Source of the DNA: Bacteroidales bacterium
GTDB taxonomy: Bacteria; Bacteroidota; Bacteroidia; Bacteroidales; UBA11471
Assembly: GCA_045606385.1 (NCBI GenBank)
Contig: JAZURX010000021.1
Location: 6,677 to 70,676 of the forward strand
Length of the DNA stretch: 64,000 nucleotides
Direction: 5' to 3'
In this document: piece after piece, positions 39,727 through 46,928 of the stretch
Numbering within the stretch: the first letter of the stretch is position 1
Layout of the letters: every line of letters starts with the position of its first letter
Translations under genes and position numbers: made by a program
The notes under the pieces: generated by a model
The model's database searches: none
What the model saw: the letters and a program-made list of their open reading frames with translations, nothing else
What the model was told of the DNA's origin: nothing

Positions 39727-40413
39727 ATGATACCTATACATATAAAACATCTTATATATAAAGAGTGGATAAAAACACGGTGGTATGCGGTGTTGGGAGT
39801 GATATTGACGTTTGCACTCTCGATCGTGATGTGTATGAAGACTGTTCTGACGTTTCATCACATGGATAGTGCCATGTACTATTCGATGTTGATGTCGGGA
39901 AATCTCTCACTTTTCACTATGCTCAAATTTAAGTATTGGGGATTGATAGTGGCGTTGCTTATAGGCCTGCCGCAATTCCTTCCTGAAACAGCCAGTAAAC
40001 GCATACGTCTGACTTTGCATCTACCGGTGAGTAGTGCGACAGTTGTATATTCTATGGTCATATATGGCTTGTTGTTGTGCTGTGCTGTGTTGCTCCCGGC
40101 CCTACTGGTAATTGTAATCACATTAGTCGCTATGTTCCCGAGTGAGGTTATTGTTCCTACTTTGCAGACAATGTTACCATGGCTGCTGGGCGGTATTACC
40201 GGTTATTTCTTTATTGCCATGATTGCATTCGAGCCTATAGCAAAATTCCGTGTATTGTATATCTTGGCAGCCTATTTTGTATTGCGATTCTTTTATATAT
40301 CGTATGGTGTGGGAAATGCAGTGACTGTATATCCGTTATTATTTATCATTACGATTGTGGCAAGTTTATCGGTACTTTATACTTCTCATCGTTTTAATAA
40401 AGGAGAGCTCTGA
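39727..40413 (+). CDS. Six-helix ABC-2-type permease-like membrane protein, copy 2 (paralog of 37804-38487)
   Basis: 228 aa sharing YKEWIKTR, KRIRLTLHLPV and RFNKGE with copy 1. Confidence 0.7.
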   Translation: MIPIHIKHLIYKEWIKTRWYAVLGVILTFALSIVMCMKTVLTFHHMDSAMYYSMLMSGNLSLFTMLKFKYWGLIVALLIGLPQFLPETASKRIRLTLHLPVSSATVVYSMVIYGLLLCCAVLLPALLVIVITLVAMFPSEVIVPTLQTMLPWLLGGITGYFFIAMIAFEPIAKFRVLYILAAYFVLRFFYISYGVGNAVTVYPLLFIITIVASLSVLYTSHRFNKGEL

Positions 40414-40415
40414 TT

Positions 40416-41633
40416 ATGGTAAAGATTATACGAATTCTTCTTATACTGATTACAATTTTTACGATGGCTTTTTATATGCCGTCGACCTATCGTAAAGCAG
40501 TAGAGCGTCGTCCGATGAAGACGATGATATATTTCAGTGAAGTATCAAAAGATTTTGTGATAGCTCGTGAAACCGGTGATTCGATAGGTGGGCAGGCCAC
40601 CATGCGATATTATACGCCGGGAGGCAAGTTGCTCACAGAAAATGAATATATGAGTCTGCTCCCCTTTAACAACCGACGTAAATTGAAGTTGATGGGAGTC
40701 ATGCCCGACTCGTTACATGGTGTAGCGCTTACGACCGATGTGTTGAAAAATGTGAAACGCAGTATGTTGCTTGCGGAGCGTTCGTTCCAATATGAGTTGA
40801 ATCCACTGTTTGAGTCGCAGCCCGATCGCCTTGGAGTATCATTACCTGACGATCTTTTCAGAATGAGTAATACCGGTATAGAGTTTATAGATTGTGCTAC
40901 GGGTGATATACTCGAAGAAAAATCGGAACTTTTTTCCGAGGCATTGTATGCCACCGGCTTTGTTGCTCCGGCACGCGATGTTTATGGTATTCCTTCGGTT
41001 TTGAAACGTTGGGACAGCGGGTATTTCATTGTCGATGCACAAGGGACTCTTTATCATCTGATGATGGTGAAAGGCACTCCATTCTGTCGTAGAATAGAGA
41101 CCGATATCGATGTAAAAAATATGAAATGTCATACCGATGAAGAGATCTTCGCTCATATTTTCGACACGGACAATCGAATGTATGTTTTGACTACCGATTA
41201 TAAGGTGTATCCGCTTGAAACCGATATACTCAACGGCCGATTCTTTATGACATCGAACTGTTTCTATCGTACTTATAAAACGAGTGATGCCGATAGTAGT
41301 ATTATGTATGTATATGATGCTAACTTTGCGCCTGTAGGTCGTTATGCCGAGGTGGTAGACCATTATAGCAATACTCGTGAAGCCGCGTGGGAGCAAAGGG
41401 TATTCCCGTTTTCGGTAATGAAGACTCCGGGATATGCCCATTATATTCCTATTTTCAATCCCATAAAAATGTTTTGGCTTGCCAATGTGATATGTGCCTT
41501 TTTGTGGTTAATCATGAAATTACATCGTCGTCGTAATCTTGCACGTCCCGAGAATATTGCCGACTTGGCTATCATATTGCTTACCGGAGTGTATGGATTT
41601 CTTGCAGTGCTTATATTCCCTAATCGTAAATAA
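40416..41633 (+). CDS. Membrane-anchored protein of unknown function, copy 2 (paralog of 38489-39724)
   Basis: 405 aa sharing LxPxNN, DLFR-x4-GIEFI, G(Y/F)F(I/V)xDAxGxL...GTP and the C-terminal RRR-flanked hydrophobic hairpin with copy 1. Confidence 0.6.
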   Translation: MVKIIRILLILITIFTMAFYMPSTYRKAVERRPMKTMIYFSEVSKDFVIARETGDSIGGQATMRYYTPGGKLLTENEYMSLLPFNNRRKLKLMGVMPDSLHGVALTTDVLKNVKRSMLLAERSFQYELNPLFESQPDRLGVSLPDDLFRMSNTGIEFIDCATGDILEEKSELFSEALYATGFVAPARDVYGIPSVLKRWDSGYFIVDAQGTLYHLMMVKGTPFCRRIETDIDVKNMKCHTDEEIFAHIFDTDNRMYVLTTDYKVYPLETDILNGRFFMTSNCFYRTYKTSDADSSIMYVYDANFAPVGRYAEVVDHYSNTREAAWEQRVFPFSVMKTPGYAHYIPIFNPIKMFWLANVICAFLWLIMKLHRRRNLARPENIADLAIILLTGVYGFLAVLIFPNRK

Positions 41634-41655
41634 TCACATATAAAAAATTAATCAA

Positions 41656-42534
41656 ATGGAAACAAATGTACAACAAAAACAAAAACGTTCGTTTATCGGT
41701 ATTGCGGCTTTTTTGATTGTCCTTTTTACTATGCCTTTGGGACATGCCGCTATGATAGCGATGGAGAATTTTCTTTCAGGAACGGCTCTTACTATGGGTG
41801 CCTTTTTGCTTGGCCTTATTGGTGCCGCATGGACCATCTGGGGCTTCTATATGAAGAGCGAAAACGCAGCGACCTTTGCCGGTCTTATGGGTGGTTTGCT
41901 CGTATGGACGGGTTGGATAGAGTTTACCTATGTATATTATGCACATCGCTATGAGGTTGCTCCTCTGACCGATGCCGGCGGTGAGATTGTGACCAAACCC
42001 GAATATCTGATATTGATGTCGTCGGTAGGCTTTTTGGCTATCGTTATGATGTTCTATACTTTCAGCGCCCGCACCAAATGTGTCTTTTTCTGTTGGTTGC
42101 AGAAGCAGTTGCGTATTGATCGTCATCAAGACAATATGCAGGTGGTGACACGCAACAATTCTATGACTACATTTATGGAAATAACCGTGTTGTTGTGGGT
42201 AAGTTACCTTGTGCTCATGTTTGCCTATGACGATCATCTGCTGGGCGATCGTCACCCTGTGACAGCTTTCATTGCATTTGGCAGTCTGGCTTGGTCGGCA
42301 TATCTATTTGTGAAACTTATGAAGATACGTAAAATAGGTTATGCGGTGCGTTATGCAATTCCTACTGTAATTATTTTCTGGACATTTGTGGAGATATTGG
42401 GCCGCTGGGATATGTTCAGTGAAATATGGACAGAGCCAGCAAAATACAAAATGGAGATGATAACCTTGTTTGTTGTTTTTGTCCTTTTTTCTATATATCT
42501 GTTTGTGCATAAAAAACAAAATAATAAAAAATAG
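41656..42534 (+). CDS. Polytopic (about 8 helices) integral membrane protein of unknown function
   Basis: 292 aa, last gene of the array. No motif recognised. Confidence 0.6.
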   Translation: METNVQQKQKRSFIGIAAFLIVLFTMPLGHAAMIAMENFLSGTALTMGAFLLGLIGAAWTIWGFYMKSENAATFAGLMGGLLVWTGWIEFTYVYYAHRYEVAPLTDAGGEIVTKPEYLILMSSVGFLAIVMMFYTFSARTKCVFFCWLQKQLRIDRHQDNMQVVTRNNSMTTFMEITVLLWVSYLVLMFAYDDHLLGDRHPVTAFIAFGSLAWSAYLFVKLMKIRKIGYAVRYAIPTVIIFWTFVEILGRWDMFSEIWTEPAKYKMEMITLFVVFVLFSIYLFVHKKQNNKK

Positions 42535-42535
42535 T

Positions 42536-42543
42536 TATCTTTG
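42536..42543 (+). promoter_or_regulatory. Possible -7 box for the LRR gene
   Basis: TATCTTTG directly after the upstream stop. The hairpin at 42554-42590 would then lie in the 5' leader. Confidence 0.3.
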
Positions 42544-42553
42544 TAAGATAATG

Positions 42554-42590
42554 AGCCAAAGAGGACGACTACACGCCTCTTTGGCTTTGT
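42554..42590 (+). terminator. Hairpin ending the 12-gene array
   Basis: 11-bp stem AGCCAAAGAGG / CCTCTTTGGCT, 11-nt loop, weak TTTGTGT tail. Confidence 0.55.
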
Positions 42591-42619
42591 GTAATATTAG
42601 TTGAAAATATATAACGCGT

Positions 42620-43669
42620 ATGAAAAAATTATTACTCTTATTTACAATTGTAGGTTGTGCCACAGTGGTTATGGCTCAAAGTAAGACTGTAGAAGTAAAA
42701 ACTGCAGGGACATTGACATTTACCGAAGAAGAAAGAAACACGCTTGTGAGTCTTCAGGTTTCGGGTGTCATCGACAGTACCGACTTGGCTGCCCTAAAGA
42801 CGCTATCCAAACTTGAGAACCTCGACCTCGCACAAGCCGATATAGTGGCAGTGGGAAATTGTAAGGCTAATGAGATACCTGCAGATATGTTCAGAGAAAA
42901 TACAACTTTGAAGGCTATAAAATTCCCTAATACGCTCGAATCAATAGGCGATTATGCATTTTATACAAGCAGCGCAATTACAGAATTTGATTTCAGTAAT
43001 TGCCCCGATTTGAAAAAAATAGGATATTATGCTTGTGGTTCTATTCAGGAGACTCTTACTTCTATATCTTTTAATGGTTGTGCCGCATTGGATACTATTG
43101 GAGAGTATGCATTTGCTCAAAGTAAAGCTGTGGAGAATATTGATTTTACCGGATGTGTTTCGTTGAAATATATTGCCAATCGTGCTTTCCTCAATAATAC
43201 ATCGGTAAAAATGCTTGATCTCTCGTCGTGCACGGCACTTACTGAGATTACCGCCAATTCGTTCCGTCAAATGAAAGGTGTAGAAACTCTAAAACTCCCA
43301 ACGACGGTAACAAATATTACATCAAATGCGTTTTATCAATTCTCGGCACTTTCATCGGTGGTATGTATGAATACGGTAGTGCCGACAATAGCCTCTGATG
43401 CATTTAAGAGCACCTCGGTAAGCGGTTGTACACTTACAGTGCCTGTCGGAGCCAAAGCTGACTATGAAGCTGATGCGGTATGGGGCACATTCGCCACGAT
43501 TATCGAGTCTGCCGGTATCGAGGGTGTCGTTGTAGAGAAATCGGTGGCAAAAACCGTTATTTATTCGATAAGTGGTGCGCAACTCCCTACTCTTGTGCGA
43601 GGGGTGAATTTTGTCAAAATATTCTATACCGACGGAAGTGTAGAAGTGAAAAAAGAACTTGTACGATAA
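42620..43669 (+). CDS. BspA-type leucine-rich-repeat surface protein with T9SS C-terminal sorting domain
   Basis: 349 aa with a signal peptide and repeated xIGxYAF/xIxxxAF LRR_5-type units. The C-terminal segment KTVIYSISGAQLPTLVRGVNFVKIFYTDGSVEVKKELVR resembles a type A Por/T9SS CTD. Confidence 0.75.
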   Translation: MKKLLLLFTIVGCATVVMAQSKTVEVKTAGTLTFTEEERNTLVSLQVSGVIDSTDLAALKTLSKLENLDLAQADIVAVGNCKANEIPADMFRENTTLKAIKFPNTLESIGDYAFYTSSAITEFDFSNCPDLKKIGYYACGSIQETLTSISFNGCAALDTIGEYAFAQSKAVENIDFTGCVSLKYIANRAFLNNTSVKMLDLSSCTALTEITANSFRQMKGVETLKLPTTVTNITSNAFYQFSALSSVVCMNTVVPTIASDAFKSTSVSGCTLTVPVGAKADYEADAVWGTFATIIESAGIEGVVVEKSVAKTVIYSISGAQLPTLVRGVNFVKIFYTDGSVEVKKELVR

Positions 43670-43687
43670 TACATGTGGCTTATTATA

Positions 43688-43730
43688 ATATCGCCGTCAC
43701 CCTTTATCGGGCGACGGCGATATTTTTTTA
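43688..43730 (+). terminator. Rho-independent terminator of the LRR gene
   Basis: 11-bp stem ATATCGCCGTC / GACGGCGATAT followed by a T7 run. Confidence 0.85.
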
Positions 43731-44034
43731 TATGTTGATAGGACAGTATGTGCGGTAATTGAGCAGATATGCGTTGATGTATTGCTTTGTGCGGAGGCAT
43801 AATTCGAGATAGGTGCCGGTGATAGGTATTGTATCGCCATCGGGTGTCTCTATGGCAATATATATATCGACAATATCCCCGCGTAGCGATGCAAAGCAGG
43901 CTTGGATAAATATACGTATCGGTTGCCCTCCGATGGTCGTATCGTAATCGTATCGGCAGTGAGGCGTGTTTATTGTGTAGTTCAATCATAGGTTATATAT
44001 CATTTGTTGTGTGTTGTATAATACCCCATCAGTG

Positions 44035-44098
44035 CAGGCGACGCAATTGCCCGATGTCGATTTTTCTGTTTTTTTGTGAATTTTTATTGTGTCGCCTG
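44035..44098. repeat. 13-nt inverted repeat (CAGGCGACGCAAT / ATTGTGTCGCCTG) separated by 38 nt, upstream of the LexA-like repressor gene
   Basis: 12/13 complementary (the one exception is a G-T pair). No U-tract on either strand, so it is not an obvious terminator. Confidence 0.6.
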
Positions 44099-44187
44099 TC
44101 TGTGGGTATAGGTATAAAACCATTTATCGGTAACTTTTTGAGTTGATAAAAAATGACCAATATGTTCGGTTTTATAAATAGTTTGTT

Positions 44188-44195
44188 TACCTTTG
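44188..44195 (+). promoter_or_regulatory. -7 promoter box for the XRE-S24 gene
   Basis: TACCTTTG, 66 nt upstream of the ATG. Confidence 0.5.
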
Positions 44196-44261
44196 TGTTC
44201 GCAAATGTATGGTAATATACCCATAATTATGTGTGAAATTTATCAAATCATAGATTGAAAT

Positions 44262-44948
44262 ATGTCAAACGAGGAACTTATAGGCCGTATACGAGAGTTG
44301 ATACGTATCTTGCAAGTGACACAGAATGAGTTTGCAGATCGTATTAAGACCGACCGTTCTAATTTTTCGAAACATGTCAATGGAAAACTTCCTATCAATG
44401 AGTCGCTCATTAATAAAATAGTGGTGGGGCTTGGAGTATCGAAGGAGTGGCTGGAAAATGGTCGTGGAAATATATTCTATATGACACCGATGTCGCATAA
44501 TGCTACGGTATCGTTGCCTATTTCGGCTATACGCAACGATGTGCCAAGCGGAGCAAGGGTGTACGATGTAGATGTTACGGCAGGTAGTATGGGGCGTAGT
44601 ATGATGTTTTCGGACGATAGGCTTATAGGTACTATCAATATGCCGTTTATAAGTCCTGATTGCAGTGTGGTTCGCGTGAGTGGAGACAGTATGCAACCGG
44701 TAATATGTAACGGTGATATGGTGGCTGTGCGTGAAGTGCATAATCTCGACCTTATATTTTGGGGGCAGATTTATGTTGTACTCCTCGAAGACTATCGTAT
44801 GGTAAAATATATTCGTAAGCACAGCGATCCTGCGATGGTAATATTACGTAGCGCCAATAGTGAATATGACGATATAGAGATACGTAAGAGCGAAATCCGT
44901 GATTTGTATATTGTAGAACATATAATACGTTTTGACTCTCGTATATAG
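44262..44948 (+). CDS. LexA/CI-like repressor: XRE-family HTH fused to an S24 self-cleaving peptidase domain
   Basis: 228 aa. HTH QNEFADRIKTDRSNFSKHVNG, candidate Ala-Gly cleavage site (VTAGS), nucleophile motif VSGDSMQP and the downstream Lys in RMVKYIRK. Confidence 0.85.
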   Translation: MSNEELIGRIRELIRILQVTQNEFADRIKTDRSNFSKHVNGKLPINESLINKIVVGLGVSKEWLENGRGNIFYMTPMSHNATVSLPISAIRNDVPSGARVYDVDVTAGSMGRSMMFSDDRLIGTINMPFISPDCSVVRVSGDSMQPVICNGDMVAVREVHNLDLIFWGQIYVVLLEDYRMVKYIRKHSDPAMVILRSANSEYDDIEIRKSEIRDLYIVEHIIRFDSRI

Positions 44949-44973
44949 TGTGTAAGAATCTGATTGAAATAAT

Positions 44974-45732
44974 ATGGGAAAAAATAAGTTACAGAAATTC
45001 GATGATATGAGCGGATACCCGCATGTTTTTCAATACCCGTTTGCCGTGTTGCAAGAAAAAGGCTTTTGTATGCGTGGACGCTGGAATACCGATTTTTTCG
45101 GGAACGATAATCCTATTGTTCTTGAATTGGGCTGTGGAAAAGGAGAGTATGCCGTAGGCTTGGCACGTAAATATCCTAATAAGAATTTTATAGGTATTGA
45201 TATAAAGGGTGCTCGTATGTGGACAGGAGCGAAAGCATCGTTGCAAGAGGGTTTGAAAAATGTAGCTTTTTTGCGAACCAATATAGAACTTATCGACCGA
45301 TTTTTTGCTACTGATGAGGTGTCTGAAATATGGATTACATTTCCCGACCCACAAATGAAAAAAGTGCGTAAACGTCTTACCTCTACACGATTTATGGAAT
45401 TGTACCGTAAATTATTGCGTCCCGATGGCTTGATACATCTCAAATGCGACAGCCCTTTCTTGTATGCATACACGTGCGCGATGGTGGCTTCTAACAATTA
45501 TCCGGTGCAGGTACAGACTGATGACCTTTATCACTCGGGTATCGACGATGATATATTGTCGATACGTACATATTATGAGCAACAATGGCTCGACCGTGGT
45601 ATGAATATCAAATATATACAATTTGTATGTGAGCCGCGAGAGCAACTTATCGAGCCGGATATAGAGATAGAATATGATAGTTACCGCAGTTTCAATCGTA
45701 GTAAACGTGGCGGATTGGCAAGTGGAAAATAA
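44974..45732 (+). CDS. trmB: tRNA (guanine46-N7)-methyltransferase
   Basis: 252 aa with SAM motif [10 protein letters not shown] and conserved FPDPQMKK. Confidence 0.9.
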   Translation: MGKNKLQKFDDMSGYPHVFQYPFAVLQEKGFCMRGRWNTDFFGNDNPIVLELGCGKGEYAVGLARKYPNKNFIGIDIKGARMWTGAKASLQEGLKNVAFLRTNIELIDRFFATDEVSEIWITFPDPQMKKVRKRLTSTRFMELYRKLLRPDGLIHLKCDSPFLYAYTCAMVASNNYPVQVQTDDLYHSGIDDDILSIRTYYEQQWLDRGMNIKYIQFVCEPREQLIEPDIEIEYDSYRSFNRSKRGGLASGK

Positions 45733-45750
45733 TAGATAAAAAAGAAAGAT

Positions 45751-46857
45751 ATGGCAATTTATCCAAAGTTGATTCTTGATGCACTGGCAACGGTGCGTTA
45801 CCCCGGTACAGGCAAAGACTTGGTTTCGGCAGGAATGGTCGAAGATGATATTCGAATAGACGGAAACAGAGTTTCGTTTTCACTTATATTCGATAAACCA
45901 AATGACCCTTTTCAGCGTTCGGTGGTGAAGGCTGCCGAAACAGCTATTCTCACTTATGTGGGAGAGGAGGTGGAGATAAAGGGCAATATCGGTGTGAGGA
46001 GCCGTCAGGCTGCAGCTCCGGGTCCGGGAAAAATGCTACCGCAGGTGAAGAATGTTATTGCGGTTTCATCGGGAAAAGGCGGTGTCGGAAAGTCGACGGT
46101 TTCGGCCAATCTGGCTGTGGCGTTGGCGAAGGCCGGTTATAAAGTCGGGTTGCTCGATGCAGATATTTTCGGCCCGTCTATACCTAAGATGTTTGATGTG
46201 GAAGATGCACGGCCCTATGCCGAGCAGATTGATGGTCGCGATTTGATCGTACCGGTAGAAAAATATGGTGTGAAGTTGCTATCCATCGGTTTCTTTGTCG
46301 ATCCCGAAAGTGCCGTGGTGTGGCGTGGCGGTATGGCAAGTAATGCTTTGAAACAGCTTATCGCCGATGCCCATTGGGGTGAATTAGATTATTTTGTGCT
46401 CGACCTTCCTCCCGGTACAAGCGATATACATCTGACTCTTATACAGAATTTGGCTATTACCGGGGCTATTGTGGTTTCTACTCCGCAACAAGTGGCTCTT
46501 GCCGATGCACGTAAAGGTATCGATATGTTTACCAACGAGAAAATTAATGTGCCGGTGCTCGGACTTGTAGAGAATATGGCTTGGTTTACACCGGCTGAGT
46601 TACCCGAAAATCGCTATTATATCTTTGGTAGAGAAGGTGCGAAGCATCTGGCCGAATCGATGAATATTCCTTTGTTGGGACAGATACCTATAGTACAGAG
46701 TATATGTGAGGGAGGTGATAAAGGAGCACCCGTAGCTCTCGAAGATAATAGTGTGACCGGCCTTGCTTTCGCATCGTTGGCGCAAGCTGTGGTAGGGGCC
46801 GTAGAACATCGCAACAAAGAATTACCTCCGACGCAAATCGTAGAGACGCATAAGTAA
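45751..46857 (+). CDS. Mrp/NBP35/ApbC-family Fe-S cluster carrier ATPase
   Basis: 368 aa with an N-terminal DUF59-like domain, the deviant Walker A SGKGGVGKST and VENMAWF. Confidence 0.92.
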   Translation: MAIYPKLILDALATVRYPGTGKDLVSAGMVEDDIRIDGNRVSFSLIFDKPNDPFQRSVVKAAETAILTYVGEEVEIKGNIGVRSRQAAAPGPGKMLPQVKNVIAVSSGKGGVGKSTVSANLAVALAKAGYKVGLLDADIFGPSIPKMFDVEDARPYAEQIDGRDLIVPVEKYGVKLLSIGFFVDPESAVVWRGGMASNALKQLIADAHWGELDYFVLDLPPGTSDIHLTLIQNLAITGAIVVSTPQQVALADARKGIDMFTNEKINVPVLGLVENMAWFTPAELPENRYYIFGREGAKHLAESMNIPLLGQIPIVQSICEGGDKGAPVALEDNSVTGLAFASLAQAVVGAVEHRNKELPPTQIVETHK

Positions 46858-46868
46858 AGAACTCTTCA

Positions 46869-46915
46869 TACAGCAAAACAGCCGTACCTTTTAAAGGTAC
46901 GGCTGTTTTGCTGTA
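46869..46915. terminator. Strong bidirectional terminator between convergent mrp and purT
   Basis: Near-perfect palindrome of about 20 bp: ACAGCAAAACAGCCGTACCTT / AAGGTACGGCTGTTTTGCTGT. Confidence 0.85.
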
Positions 46916-46928
46916 TAGTGATATGTAT

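Noticed and set aside
43728-43985. 85-aa minus-strand ORF (and the overlapping 121-aa ORF at 43624-43989) between the LRR gene and the XRE-S24 gene
   Set aside because: The 85-aa frame has no ATG; its only start is a TTG directly after an in-frame stop. Its 3' end runs into the LRR terminator hairpin. The 121-aa frame is R/H/Y-rich nonsense. The first 60 aa or so (..GGQPIRIFIQACFASLRGDIVDIYIAIETPDGDTIPITGTYLEL) look protein-like, so a gene remnant is possible, but I cannot support a call.
44153-44212. 19-aa plus-strand ORF MTNMFGFINSLFTFVFANVW upstream of the XRE-S24 gene
   Set aside because: It overlaps the -7 box of the repressor promoter, has no promoter of its own, and is not repeated elsewhere. 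It is indistinguishable from chance.
43670-44973. Prophage or integrative-element remnant around the CI/LexA-like repressor
   Set aside because: There is no integrase, excisionase, Cro-like partner, phage structural gene, tRNA or direct-repeat boundary nearby, and the flanks are ordinary chromosomal genes.
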